Part shown: piece after piece, positions 27,674 to 38,376 of the stretch
Layout: every line of letters starts with the position of its first letter
How positions within the stretch are numbered: the stretch's first letter is position 1
Virus record (IMG/VR): IMGVR_UViG_3300023184_000037
Location: 81,138 to 145,137 of that record
Source of the DNA: a virus
Direction: 5' to 3' (one strand)
DNA: 64,000 bases
Position numbers and translations under genes: made by a program
The notes under the pieces: model-generated
What the model saw: only the letters and a program-made list of their open reading frames with translations
Databases searched by the model: none
What the model was told of the DNA's origin: nothing

Positions 27674-28786
27674 ATGATTCAACAAGCAAATTTAAACAAG
27701 CCAGTTAAAAGAATTTGGATTCTAGGTGATATGCACTTGGGAGTCCGATCGAGTTCTTTGGAATGGTTAGAAATGCAAAAAGATTTTTATGACAACCAAT
27801 TTATTCCGACCCTATTAGAAAATTATGAAGAGGGAGATATTTTGGTTCAAGTTGGAGATGCTTTCGATAATAGACAAAGTGTAAACATTAGAGTACTACA
27901 TTATGCAATTGACCTTTTTGAAAGGTTAGGAAATATCCTACCGACCCACGTAATCTGTGGAAACCACGATATCTGGGCAAAAAAGAGTAATGATGTAAGT
28001 TCTATTGATGCACTTAAATGGATTCCAAATGTAAGTATTTACAAAGAACCTCAAACATTCCATTGGGGTGGACGGGAAGTCTTATTGATGCCATGGAGGC
28101 GAGATACTGAACATGAGATCGAAACTTTAGATGCTTACCCAAATGCTGAAATTGTATTTTGCCATTCAGAAGTTCGAGGTATTAAATTAAATAAGAAGGT
28201 TGATAATCACCACGGAACAGATTCAACATCATACGACCGATTTACTGCAGTTTATTCAGGACATATTCATTATAGACAGAGGCGAGGCCAATTAAGAATG
28301 GTTGGAACTCCATACGAACTTACCCGTTCTGATATGGATAACACTAAAGGATTTGACTTGGTTAATTTAGAAGACATGCAGGAAACTTTCTTTGAGAATA
28401 CAATATCACCAAAGTTTGTTAAATTCAATCTAACTAATCTTTATAATACACCTCTTGGAGAATTTAAAGATGCTATTAGAAACAATTTTGTAGACCTTTA
28501 TGTTCCATCGAATATTGCAACCACATCGGCTCTTTCGCGACTGATTAATAAAGTACAAACAATAAGTAGAAAAATTGACCCCAATATCTACGAACAAGAC
28601 ACATTCTTAGACGAGGATTCATACGACATGGACCAGATCGAGGACCTATACAAAAATTATAATATCCTACATCTTTGTAATATCTATGTTGATAATACTG
28701 TACATGCCGAAGATGTTAAAACGCAAATCAAAGATCGTTTAAAGAAACTTCACGATTTTTATGCGTATAATAATCAAATGGATTAA
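27674..28786 (+). CDS. gp47: Mre11/SbcD-like recombination nuclease
   Basis: GDMHLG, GDAFD, GNHD, SGHIH. Confidence 0.92.
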   Translation: MIQQANLNKPVKRIWILGDMHLGVRSSSLEWLEMQKDFYDNQFIPTLLENYEEGDILVQVGDAFDNRQSVNIRVLHYAIDLFERLGNILPTHVICGNHDIWAKKSNDVSSIDALKWIPNVSIYKEPQTFHWGGREVLLMPWRRDTEHEIETLDAYPNAEIVFCHSEVRGIKLNKKVDNHHGTDSTSYDRFTAVYSGHIHYRQRRGQLRMVGTPYELTRSDMDNTKGFDLVNLEDMQETFFENTISPKFVKFNLTNLYNTPLGEFKDAIRNNFVDLYVPSNIATTSALSRLINKVQTISRKIDPNIYEQDTFLDEDSYDMDQIEDLYKNYNILHLCNIYVDNTVHAEDVKTQIKDRLKKLHDFYAYNNQMD

Positions 28787-28788
28787 AT

Positions 28789-30462
28789 ATGAAAATACAA
28801 AGTATTGAACTTAAAAACTTTGCATCTTACGGTAATCAAGTTCAAACTATAAGATTTGAAGATGATAAATCTGAACTATTTTTAACACTAGGAAAAAATG
28901 GTGAAGGCAAAACAACTATTGCTAACGCGATAGTTTTTGCGCTTTACGGTAAAGTCGAAGGTGTTAAAATGTCCGACCTTCCAAATCGAATTAATAAAGA
29001 ACTTTGGGTCCGAATAACACTACAATGTAAAAGTATTACTGTTGTTATAGAACGAGGACTTGCTCCTGGAATTTTTAAAGTACTCCTAAATGGAATTGAA
29101 TTTGACAAGGCAGGAAAACGTTCAGTACAAGAATATCTTGAAGAGGAAATCTATGGAATTCCATATCATGTATTCAAAAACATCATTATTCTTTCTGTTA
29201 ATGACTTTAAGTCTTTTTTAACGATGAGTAATAGTGACAAGCGCCAAATTATCGACAAAATGTTTGGATTCTCTATCTTAAATGATATGCAAAATGCTCT
29301 TAAAGAGGAGAGACGAAACCTCAAAAGTGATATTGATGGATTTGCTAGAGAATTGGTACAAATAAATGAAAACATAAAACAGGTTCAAATTAAATTGGAC
29401 CAATTAATGGCCGAAAGCCAAGAAAAGGACAAAAAGAAAATTCAGCATCTTAAAGACTCTCTTGTTAAATATGATGAGAGTAAAAAGAAGTTAGAAGAGG
29501 CTCAAGGTAAAATTACTGCAAGTATCAAAGGTTTAAATTTAGACCTACAAACAAAACAATCTACTGAAACTGAACTTAAGTTTAAAATAACCGAACTTAA
29601 AAAGAAATTAGAATTGTATGAGAATAATGCATGCCCAACCTGTGAACATGAACTTACTGGAGAATTTCATAACTCTAGAAAAGACGAACTTGAATCCGAA
29701 CTAAAGGATATTCCAAGTCGACTTCTAGAAGTTTCAAAAGAAGTTTCAAACATAAAGGATTCTATTAGCGATCTTAGAGACAAGGACAGCGCTGTTCGTG
29801 ACAAAGTATCTTCACTAAATACAAACATTGCAAACTTTAAAAGGGAACTTTTATCAATTTCGGCAGCAATTAAAGGTTCTACTGATTTCTCCCACATGGA
29901 GCAAATTATTGCTGACTTTGAAACACAAGAATTGGAGAAAGGAAATCTAAAAGATACTAAAACAATCGACTATAATTTTTTAGAAATGGTTGAAGAGGTT
30001 CTTGGAGAGGATGGAGTTAAAAATCTTGCTATCAAGACTATATTGCCAGGATTGAATGCAAACATTGCAGCTATGACCCAGACAATGCACCTTCACTTCC
30101 ACCTCAGGTTTGATGAGAAATTCAATTGTATTATCAATCACTTAGGGGAGGAGATTAATCCAATGACCCTTTCAACAGGTGAACGTAAGAAGGCAGACTT
30201 TATAATTATTATTGCAATTATTAAAATCTTAAAGTTAAGATTCCCACAATTAAATCTGCTTTTCTTAGATGAGTTGTTAAGTTCGGTTGATCAGGACGGG
30301 ATCCATAATATTCTAAAAATCTTGAGTGGAGTAATTAAAGAGAGTAAAATAAATTGTTTTGTGATTAACCATACACCGTTACCTCATGAGATATTTGATA
30401 AAAAGATTCAAATTTTCAGAGAAAATGGATTCTCTAAGTTTGATATTGAACTAATAGAATAA
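28789..30462 (+). CDS. gp46: Rad50/SbcC-like recombination ATPase
   Basis: GKNGEGKTT, CPTC zinc hook, LSTGE, LFLDE. Confidence 0.94.
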   Translation: MKIQSIELKNFASYGNQVQTIRFEDDKSELFLTLGKNGEGKTTIANAIVFALYGKVEGVKMSDLPNRINKELWVRITLQCKSITVVIERGLAPGIFKVLLNGIEFDKAGKRSVQEYLEEEIYGIPYHVFKNIIILSVNDFKSFLTMSNSDKRQIIDKMFGFSILNDMQNALKEERRNLKSDIDGFARELVQINENIKQVQIKLDQLMAESQEKDKKKIQHLKDSLVKYDESKKKLEEAQGKITASIKGLNLDLQTKQSTETELKFKITELKKKLELYENNACPTCEHELTGEFHNSRKDELESELKDIPSRLLEVSKEVSNIKDSISDLRDKDSAVRDKVSSLNTNIANFKRELLSISAAIKGSTDFSHMEQIIADFETQELEKGNLKDTKTIDYNFLEMVEEVLGEDGVKNLAIKTILPGLNANIAAMTQTMHLHFHLRFDEKFNCIINHLGEEINPMTLSTGERKKADFIIIIAIIKILKLRFPQLNLLFLDELLSSVDQDGIHNILKILSGVIKESKINCFVINHTPLPHEIFDKKIQIFRENGFSKFDIELIE

Positions 30463-30474
30463 GATATATACTTA

Positions 30475-31296
30475 ATGGCAAACTATAACCAAAAATTTAA
30501 CTCTGACGATAGTGTAATTAGACACATCATTATTGGATTTTTAGCCGATTTGAATGCTAAATTGTATTTTCATCGACAGTTATCTAATTCTGAAAGAATT
30601 GTCGTAGATGTTCCATTCTACTACTCAATAACTGGAGATGACCAGTTTCTGAGAGACCAGTTCCTTTTTTCAACGGCATCTGGACCTTTTTGTATGCCCG
30701 ATAAGGCGCATGCTGACGCAAATTACGATATTGTACCAAGAGGAATTGTAAGCCTTTCAGGCCTTACTATTGATTCTGCTAAATTGGTTAATAAAAGAAC
30801 CATGGGTAATTATACAAAAATGAACCCTGAAGGAATCGTAGAAGCCTATGTTGCAGAATTTGACATGATTCCGATAACTATGAGTTTTGATATTGAAATA
30901 CTAACATCATCAACATTAGATTCTTTTAAAATAGTCGAAGCAATTATTAAAAGAATGTACAAATCAAATTACTTTAATGTTGAAGTTGGCCATTTAGAAG
31001 AGGGTAACTATAGAATTGCATCATATTACGCGCTTCCAGAAGATTACAGTATGGAAAGACCTATAGGATTTACATACGAAGACAAAGACAAATATAAAAT
31101 AAGTGTTCCAATCGAAGTTAACTCATTCCTTCCAGCATTTAACTGGGGTAATGAACAAAGTTTTGGTATTAACAAACGATCTACCGAACAATTTGCAGGA
31201 AACCGAATGTTTACAATTGATACAAATGTGATTAATAAAACATCCAATGAGGAAAGCAATAGGGTTATCGATGAAACCGATTTTGATAATAGGTAA
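30475..31296 (+). CDS. Tail sheath stabilizer / tail terminator (gp15-like)
   Basis: VPFYY, VPRG, PITMSFDIEI pattern; late promoter at 30463. Confidence 0.65.
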   Translation: MANYNQKFNSDDSVIRHIIIGFLADLNAKLYFHRQLSNSERIVVDVPFYYSITGDDQFLRDQFLFSTASGPFCMPDKAHADANYDIVPRGIVSLSGLTIDSAKLVNKRTMGNYTKMNPEGIVEAYVAEFDMIPITMSFDIEILTSSTLDSFKIVEAIIKRMYKSNYFNVEVGHLEEGNYRIASYYALPEDYSMERPIGFTYEDKDKYKISVPIEVNSFLPAFNWGNEQSFGINKRSTEQFAGNRMFTIDTNVINKTSNEESNRVIDETDFDNR

Positions 31297-31334
31297 ATAA
31301 TTAATGATATATAAATAAAATAAAATAAAACAAT

Positions 31335-32387
31335 ATGACAACTAATATTCTTGCACCATTTGTTAAATTAGACGAATCTTTTCAGTTTTATGTAAGCGGA
31401 AGATTATTCGAAATGAGTGAAACAGAAATTAAGGAAGTTGAAGGTACTAACAATTCAACCCTAATTAATGCAATTAATGCATTTGAATCTTTTCAATTTA
31501 CAGAAGATTCAGTAAGATGGTTCCATGGACCAAGCAAATTTATTTACAATTTAACTGAAGGAGTTTTCCAACATAACAATTCAGAAATTATTGGAAATTC
31601 ATTCTCAAATCACGTAATGGCTGCCGGTCATATTAGATATGCTGAAAAACCAATTGCTGAATTATTTGAATCTCTTCCAACCCTATTAGAGAACTTTGTA
31701 ACTCTTGATTTTGCTGCAACTTTTGAAGGAAATGAAGTAACTGTAAATCTTTTTAAATTAAACGAAGAAGTTTACGTTGCACGTTACAACAAAGCAAACA
31801 AAATTGCAAAATTCTTTAAAGCAAAAAATGCTAATGAAGCAGTTGAATATGTTACTAAAGAAACTGGAGAATCTGCACTTTCTTTCTTAAAAGAAATGGT
31901 TGAAGGACAATCTGCTGAACTTGCACTTAAAGAGCAAAAACTTGCAACTTACGAATCAATGATTTCTTTCTTAAAAGACCAAAAAGGTTTATTGTCAACC
32001 GCTGATAGAAGCGATGCTGCTATTAAAGAGGCTGAGTCCCTAATCAATGGAGAAATCAAAGTATGGGAGGACAAGATTGCTCAATTAGATGAAGCCGTTA
32101 AATTTATTGATTATAAATTTAATTCTCACAAAGTTCATAATCCATCTTGTGATATTATAGAAGGACATTTAGACAAAGATACTTATATATGTTATGGAAT
32201 CTATGTTAAAGATAGTGGTTCTAAAAAGGTCGGACAAGAATTCATGGAGTACTATACAGGTGAAAACTATAAGTCAGGTTCTTTAAAAAGATCCAACTCT
32301 AGATATTATGAACCTGATACAATTCCAGCAAAATATTTAGCCGCTTGGAACGAGTTAAAGTCTAAATATGAAAATGAATACAAATAA
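31335..32387 (+). CDS. Hypothetical late (virion) protein
   Basis: Late promoter at 31306; coiled coil followed by an LDE-delimited C-terminal module. Confidence 0.5.
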   Translation: MTTNILAPFVKLDESFQFYVSGRLFEMSETEIKEVEGTNNSTLINAINAFESFQFTEDSVRWFHGPSKFIYNLTEGVFQHNNSEIIGNSFSNHVMAAGHIRYAEKPIAELFESLPTLLENFVTLDFAATFEGNEVTVNLFKLNEEVYVARYNKANKIAKFFKAKNANEAVEYVTKETGESALSFLKEMVEGQSAELALKEQKLATYESMISFLKDQKGLLSTADRSDAAIKEAESLINGEIKVWEDKIAQLDEAVKFIDYKFNSHKVHNPSCDIIEGHLDKDTYICYGIYVKDSGSKKVGQEFMEYYTGENYKSGSLKRSNSRYYEPDTIPAKYLAAWNELKSKYENEYK

Positions 32388-32411
32388 GATAGTATAAATA
32401 TATTAAATTTT

Positions 32412-32436
32412 AAAGGGGTCGCCAAGCGTCCCCTTT
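32412..32436 (+). terminator. Hairpin, probable terminator
   Basis: AAAGGGG/CCCCTTT stem. Confidence 0.55.
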
Positions 32437-32503
32437 GGTGTCTAGACTGGAATTGAAACAGAATCAATAATCCATTATATAAACCTAAACTAAATAAATT
32501 AAA

Positions 32504-32875
32504 ATGGCTAAAACTAAAAACTATTTAAACAATAAGGACCTTCATGATGCAATGAGTGAATCCAAGGAATTGGATAAATTAACTCCAACTGCAGAAAAAA
32601 TGTTAATCCTATTGGCTGAAAGGGCTATCAATAGAATGTCGTATGTTAATAAAGACGATAGAGATGACTGCCTCCAGTTTGCAATGTTAGACCTCTTAAA
32701 ATACTGGAGAGGATTTAACCCAGTCTATCCAAATGCATTTGCCTACTTTACAGAAATTGCCAAAAGAGGATATGCAAAAGGTTGGAATAAAATTCACCCA
32801 CAAAAATACAAAGGTACTATCTCTATGAGTAGAACATCAGGTGATGATGATAGTGGCGGGATCTATTCTATTTAA
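32504..32875 (+). CDS. gp55: Late transcription sigma factor
   Basis: NYLNNKDL, DDCLQ, FNP..PNAFAYFTEI. Confidence 0.85.
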   Translation: MAKTKNYLNNKDLHDAMSESKELDKLTPTAEKMLILLAERAINRMSYVNKDDRDDCLQFAMLDLLKYWRGFNPVYPNAFAYFTEIAKRGYAKGWNKIHPQKYKGTISMSRTSGDDDSGGIYSI

Positions 32876-33363
32876 TGTCAATAAAGAATTTAAAACCAAC
32901 CAAAAAATCCGGATTTAATCAAGGATATTTTAATCCCAAGAACCCTGAAAAATACATAGGTCCATCACCTATTATTTACAGGAGCTCTTGGGAATATAAG
33001 TTTATGATTTGGTGTGACATCAATGACAAAGTTCTTTGTTGGTCTAGTGAACCTGTTGAAATTAAATATTGGTCTAGACAGGGAAACAAACAGAGAACAT
33101 ATCACCCAGACTTTTACTTTAAAATCTTAAAACAGGACGGCTCAAGTGAAGAGTTTCTTGCTGAAATCAAGCCAAAAAATCAAATACAAAAGCCAACACC
33201 TCCGGCAAAGCCAACTAAAAAAAGTCTTGCGTCCTACAAATTTCTTACGGAACAATACATAAAAAATCTGGATAAATATAATGCTGCTAAAGAATATGCA
33301 GCAAGTCGTTGTTGGCGATTTATTGTCCTAACTGAAGATACAATTAAAAATGGGTTACATTAA
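32875..33363 (+). CDS. gp4: Head completion nuclease (TnsA-like)
   Basis: PKNPEKYIG, YRSSWE, WSSE, YHPDF, EIKP. Confidence 0.88.
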   Translation: MSIKNLKPTKKSGFNQGYFNPKNPEKYIGPSPIIYRSSWEYKFMIWCDINDKVLCWSSEPVEIKYWSRQGNKQRTYHPDFYFKILKQDGSSEEFLAEIKPKNQIQKPTPPAKPTKKSLASYKFLTEQYIKNLDKYNAAKEYAASRCWRFIVLTEDTIKNGLH

Positions 33364-33985
33364 GCAGAGAATAACTGAACTTAGCAAAGAATATGGTGGT
33401 AAAGTAAAGGCTTCCATTGCATGTATGGATTGGTATGAAGCTGGAATCCGTTCTAAAAGTCAAAATGAGGCTAAATTGACCCGAACCCGCTTTCAACCTG
33501 GAAAGATTTATGTTTTTAAATACGATCCAAAATATAAGAAAGAGCTACCATGGTTTGACCAAAATCCGGTAGTACTTGCGATAGAACAAGTTAATAATAA
33601 TGACTTAGGAATTAATTTAAACCTGTTACCTGTTCCATTCAAGGAAAAGTTACTTGATGAATTATTTACTAAAATGAAAATCAAGGTAGATAAACAGGAA
33701 ACTGATATAATTTCGGAAATCACTGGAGTTGAAGCACCTAGTAATATTAATGCACTTAAAGAAAAACCTCTCCGAATAACTTATGAGGGGATAAAATTAT
33801 ACCTTGAAAAGTATGGATATGAGTTTGCTCTGCGACAATATATACCTTCAAGAAAAAAGGACCAAGCAGTTGTTAGTTATTCAAAATGGCCGGAAATAGC
33901 ACTATGTGATTTCTTCCACTTTAAGAATACTAATGTAATGAAGGTCAGATTGATGTTTAAAGACTATTTAAAAAAGAATATATAA
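33350..33985 (+). CDS. gp2: DNA end protector protein
   Basis: PGKIYVFKYDPKYK..LPWFD..P, GINLN.LP. Confidence 0.8.
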   Translation: MGYIKQRITELSKEYGGKVKASIACMDWYEAGIRSKSQNEAKLTRTRFQPGKIYVFKYDPKYKKELPWFDQNPVVLAIEQVNNNDLGINLNLLPVPFKEKLLDELFTKMKIKVDKQETDIISEITGVEAPSNINALKEKPLRITYEGIKLYLEKYGYEFALRQYIPSRKKDQAVVSYSKWPEIALCDFFHFKNTNVMKVRLMFKDYLKKNI

Positions 33986-34007
33986 CTTAAATTAATATAA
34001 TAATATA

Positions 34008-35597
34008 ATGGCAGGATTTGTACAAAGAAATGGTCCATTGACTAAGCGACCGTTTAACCTAAGTAGTACCCTTAAGAAGTTATCTTCTTTTGGTATGTAC
34101 TACGACGATTTGGTTCTTAGACAATCTCAAGCAATTGGGCCAGTAGAAGATGAAATTGGTTACGGCCAAATGAACCCAACTGGGCTTGATAGTGATGACA
34201 TGTATGGCGCGTTTGCAGCCCTTTCGATGGCTGATACTACAATGCGTAAAAATATTCCATTCTTTGACCAAGCATATCGTGGTAAAAGAGACGAATTACG
34301 ATCATTTGCGCAGCATGATGAGATTGAAGACATATTAGATATACTTTGTGATGAATCGATAGTATATGACAGTAAAAACTTCATAGCAAATCCAGAGATT
34401 ATTGGAATGGAAGTTTCTGAAGATGTTCAAAAATATCTTAATAAAGCATATAGAGACCTTTACCAATATTTTGGATTTAACCTAGACCAATCAGCATGGT
34501 ACTTCTTTAGAAAATGGTTAATTGATGGTTATCTTGCATTTGAGATTATTTATAATCCTGAAATGACTGAAGTTATTGGATTTAAAGAAATTGACCCAAT
34601 CACATTAGTACCAGGTTATAACCATGAAGATGGTAAAAAAGTTTGGATTCAGTTTAAAGACGATCCAGTTAAACAAAGAAAATTGTATGATGCACAAATT
34701 GTGTACATATCATATTCTTCGATTACTACCGCATCAAGGGTTTCTTACCTTGAAAGACTTGTAAGAGCATTCAACTTAATGAGAATTATGGAGCATACCA
34801 GAGTTATTTGGGCTGTTACAAATTCATCTTATAGAATGAAATTTATTATACCAGTCGGTGGTAAATCTAAAACAAGAGCAAAACAATCGCTTGCTCAGTT
34901 AATGAATAACTATAAAGAAGTTGTTGATTTTGATTGGGATAGTGCATCCCTTACAACTAACGGTAAACCAATGTTACAATTTAACAAAGAATATTGGTTA
35001 CCTAGTAAAGACGGAGAGCAACCTGAGATTGAAACCCTTGGTGGTGATGGTCCAGAACTTAGTGACACAGAATCATTAAAATATTTCTCAGATAAACTTA
35101 AAGCAGTTTCAAAAATTCCTTACAATAGATTCATGTATGAAGATGGTGGAGGAGATTTCAATCTAGCAGCCGATGGTATGATTAGAGATGAGATTAAATT
35201 TGCTAAGTTCATTAATCGTTTACGTAGTTCATTCCAAGAGATATTGATTAAACCATTATGGCTTCAAATGTGTCTTAAATTTCCAGAATTTAAAGAGGAC
35301 GCAGGATTTAGAACTCAAATTGCATTGAGATTTAACGAAGATAATATGTTCGCTGAATTAAAGACAATGGAAATTATGCAAAAGAGACTTGAGTTTATTG
35401 GTTCAATGAAAGACTCGTTATCTACAACAAATCCAGTAACTATGGAAGAAACTCCATACTTTGACCTTGAATTCTTGGTTGATAGATACCTTAAACTTTC
35501 TCCAGATGATAAAGCAGCTAATGATGCTTATAAAGCCCGAAATGATGCTAAAAAAGCAGCCGAACCGGAAGAGGAAAATCCAATGATGGGAATGTAA
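34008..35597 (+). CDS. gp20: Portal protein
   Basis: FRKWLIDG, SYLER, YWLP, IETLGG, SKIP..R, RDEIKFAKFI.RLR. Confidence 0.93.
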   Translation: MAGFVQRNGPLTKRPFNLSSTLKKLSSFGMYYDDLVLRQSQAIGPVEDEIGYGQMNPTGLDSDDMYGAFAALSMADTTMRKNIPFFDQAYRGKRDELRSFAQHDEIEDILDILCDESIVYDSKNFIANPEIIGMEVSEDVQKYLNKAYRDLYQYFGFNLDQSAWYFFRKWLIDGYLAFEIIYNPEMTEVIGFKEIDPITLVPGYNHEDGKKVWIQFKDDPVKQRKLYDAQIVYISYSSITTASRVSYLERLVRAFNLMRIMEHTRVIWAVTNSSYRMKFIIPVGGKSKTRAKQSLAQLMNNYKEVVDFDWDSASLTTNGKPMLQFNKEYWLPSKDGEQPEIETLGGDGPELSDTESLKYFSDKLKAVSKIPYNRFMYEDGGGDFNLAADGMIRDEIKFAKFINRLRSSFQEILIKPLWLQMCLKFPEFKEDAGFRTQIALRFNEDNMFAELKTMEIMQKRLEFIGSMKDSLSTTNPVTMEETPYFDLEFLVDRYLKLSPDDKAANDAYKARNDAKKAAEPEEENPMMGM

Positions 35598-35618
35598 TTA
35601 AATAAAAATATAGATACA

Positions 35619-35960
35619 ATGAAAATAATTAAAACATTTGAACAATTCACTAGTTCACTTCAAGAAGATGCAATCGACGCAGGAGAGGATTCAAAAGTAG
35701 TAGTTGATGATGTCTCACTTGATTCAGGAAAAACTATTAAATCTACTGAAATTTTAGGGGCTATTATGTCTTCAAAAAGTGAGAAAGATTTTAAAGAATA
35801 TTTCTACAAACAATATGGGAATACTGCATTTACCGAAGAGGATATGTTTACTCTAGTTAAATTCTTTAATGATTACCAAGAGGAAGTAGCTAATAAAGAA
35901 AAGGATGCCGAAAAAGACAAAGGAGACGGTGGAGAAGAAGATCCGTTAGCAGACATTTAA
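35619..35960 (+). CDS. Prohead core-like small acidic protein
   Basis: Between portal and protease (gp67/68 position); MKIIKTFEQF. Confidence 0.5.
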   Translation: MKIIKTFEQFTSSLQEDAIDAGEDSKVVVDDVSLDSGKTIKSTEILGAIMSSKSEKDFKEYFYKQYGNTAFTEEDMFTLVKFFNDYQEEVANKEKDAEKDKGDGGEEDPLADI

Positions 35961-36020
35961 TTTTTAAAAATCTTCAAAAATTAACTGGATATATAATAGA
36001 AATATAATAAAATAATAATT

Positions 36021-37940
36021 ATGACTAATAACTTACTGATCTTAGAAAGATCGTCAACGGAATTAGAGTTTAAACAAGAAGGTGGGACTTATGTTCTAGA
36101 GGGTATCTTTGGAGAAATCGATAAGAAAAATCGTAATAACCGAATCTATACTGAATCTGAATACTTACCTCAAATTGAAGCTCTTCAAGCAAAAATTAAA
36201 TCATCTAAACTTTTAGGTGAATTAGACCATCCGCAAACATTTGATGTTTCATTAAAAAATGTTTCCCACATTATTGAAGAACTTACGTATGACAATAATA
36301 CAAAACAGGTTAAAGGACGTATCAGATTATTAGATACTGATGCTGGAAGACAGGCAAAAGCTCTTGTAGATGCTGGTGTTCCTCTTCAAATTTCAAGTAG
36401 AGCAGCTGGAGCAGTTGAATCTAATGGAACTGTAAAAATCAAACAATTATTTACTTATGATTTAGTAGCAGACCCTGGGTTTGAGAACGCTGAATTAAAA
36501 AGAGTTAATGAAGCCTATGGCTTTGTTAATGAAGGAAACGACTTATTTATTTACGAGATAAATAAAGAAAACGAAAAACAACCAATCGAAAATATAAACG
36601 AAACAAAAATGGCAGAGTCTAAATTTATTACGGTTGAGGATTTTAATAAATACTCTAAATATCTTTCTGAAGAAATCAAATCTATTAAAGAAGGTATGAA
36701 TTCTTTAACAGAAGCAGAGTCTACTAGTTCTCAATTAGGAACCCTAAAAGAATACACTGATTATTTAGCTAAGAAATTAGAGGAATCAATCGCATATTCT
36801 GAACACATTGCTGAAAAAGCAGACCAAGGTATACAATATGCAGAAAATCTTGCAGAAAAAGTTGACCAAGGTATTCAATATTCTGAGCATATCGCTGAAA
36901 GCGTTGATGCTATCAAAAATTACACTAACTATTTAGCTGAATCTTACAATGAAGGTTCAACTTCTTACGAGAACTTAATTAAATATACTGAATATTTAAG
37001 AGAGAACTTAGAGAAAGTAACTGAATATGCTGAGTACGTTGCAGAAACTGTAAATAGTAATCTATTATTAGAAGACGAAGCAGGAATCCCAGCTGAAGAC
37101 TTAAAAGATGATTCTAAAAATGTTTCTCCAGAAGTAGTTGATGCTGATGGTAATGTAATTACTGGAAAACCAGAAGATGTTGAAGGTGAATTAAAACTTA
37201 AAGGTAAAGGAGCCGCTGGAGTTGAAGTTACTGAAGCAAAAGATGGATCTGAAGCAGGTTTACCAGCTGAAGACCTTAAAGACGGTACTAAAGATGTTTC
37301 TCCTAAAGTAGTTGATGCTGACGGTAACGTAATCACTGGAACTCCAGAAGATGTAGAAAAGAATTTAGAACTTGCTGGTAAAGGTGATGCCGCTGGTAAA
37401 CAAGTTGATGCAATGGAGGCTTACAAAAATTCAATCACTTCTAAATTAGAAGCATTAGTTGAAAGTGTAAATGCTAAAAAATCAGATAACCCAACATTCT
37501 TTAAATTTATCTCTGAAGAGAAGGTAAATGAATTTAATGCCCTATCTACTGAAGATAAAACTAAAGTTGTAAGTGCAGTTGAAGGTAGAGGTTACCTAAC
37601 AGAAGGACAAATATTAGCTCTATGGAATACTTCATTAAATGGAACTATAGAAACTCATGATGCACCTGCAGTTATTAAATTAATGCCAACTGAATACCAT
37701 GATACTTGGGCTAAATGTTCTGAAGGTAAGAAAAACCAAATCTTAGCACAGTCTAAATATCACAAAGTTGAAACAGCTTACCAAGTTGCAAACTTCTGGC
37801 AAACTAGAGACCTTAGAGAGGTTGCTCCAGTAATGGAAAAAATCACTATGGTAAATGAATCAGCAGTTGAACCAACACAAACATTAGGTTATGATGCTAC
37901 TGAATTAGGTGCAGAAATTGCAAAAAGATTCGCTAGATAA
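36021..37940 (+). CDS. gp21: Prohead protease fused to scaffold (gp21 plus gp22-like)
   Basis: NRNNRIY, GELDHP, VSH, ISSRAAG, YDLVADPG, followed by long acidic helical repeats. Confidence 0.88.
   Translation: MTNNLLILERSSTELEFKQEGGTYVLEGIFGEIDKKNRNNRIYTESEYLPQIEALQAKIKSSKLLGELDHPQTFDVSLKNVSHIIEELTYDNNTKQVKGRIRLLDTDAGRQAKALVDAGVPLQISSRAAGAVESNGTVKIKQLFTYDLVADPGFENAELKRVNEAYGFVNEGNDLFIYEINKENEKQPIENINETKMAESKFITVEDFNKYSKYLSEEIKSIKEGMNSLTEAESTSSQLGTLKEYTDYLAKKLEESIAYSEHIAEKADQGIQYAENLAEKVDQGIQYSEHIAESVDAIKNYTNYLAESYNEGSTSYENLIKYTEYLRENLEKVTEYAEYVAETVNSNLLLEDEAGIPAEDLKDDSKNVSPEVVDADGNVITGKPEDVEGELKLKGKGAAGVEVTEAKDGSEAGLPAEDLKDGTKDVSPKVVDADGNVITGTPEDVEKNLELAGKGDAAGKQVDAMEAYKNSITSKLEALVESVNAKKSDNPTFFKFISEEKVNEFNALSTEDKTKVVSAVEGRGYLTEGQILALWNTSLNGTIETHDAPAVIKLMPTEYHDTWAKCSEGKKNQILAQSKYHKVETAYQVANFWQTRDLREVAPVMEKITMVNESAVEPTQTLGYDATELGAEIAKRFAR
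37077..37395 (+). repeat. Internal ~58 aa duplication in the scaffold region
   Basis: EAG.PAEDLKD..K.VSP.VVDADGNVITG.PEDVE at 37077 and 37251. Confidence 0.85.
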
Positions 37941-37942
37941 TC

Positions 37943-38215
37943 ATGAAATATATCCAACTATTTGAAGGTTTTCTTAATGAAAATAATCAAAAGAAAATAG
38001 AGAAAGCCGCTGATAAATGGTGGAATTCTTTAATGGAAGAACCAGAACATAAGCATAATAAAGGATGGGATGCTGAAGACATGGATATGTTTATTGACCA
38101 CCTTATGGAATTAGGTCTGGTTGATGAAGATCGTGATGACCTAGAGGAAGTACGTTCAGATATGGAACAATATGTTGAAAATACTTTAGGATTCGAATTT
38201 GATTACGACAACTAA
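37943..38215 (+). CDS. Small internal head protein (putative)
   Basis: MKYIQLFEGFLNE. Confidence 0.55.
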   Translation: MKYIQLFEGFLNENNQKKIEKAADKWWNSLMEEPEHKHNKGWDAEDMDMFIDHLMELGLVDEDRDDLEEVRSDMEQYVENTLGFEFDYDN

Positions 38216-38376
38216 TCAACATTATTTTTGGTTTTTTTAAAAATTTCAAAAAAACCATAGATATATAATACTATTAAAACAATTCGATGCTCAGTTAAGA
38301 AGCAAAAAACTGAAATTATGTCGAAAACTCGTAATATACGAAAAATATAAAACCATTAAAAAAAATAAATTTACAA

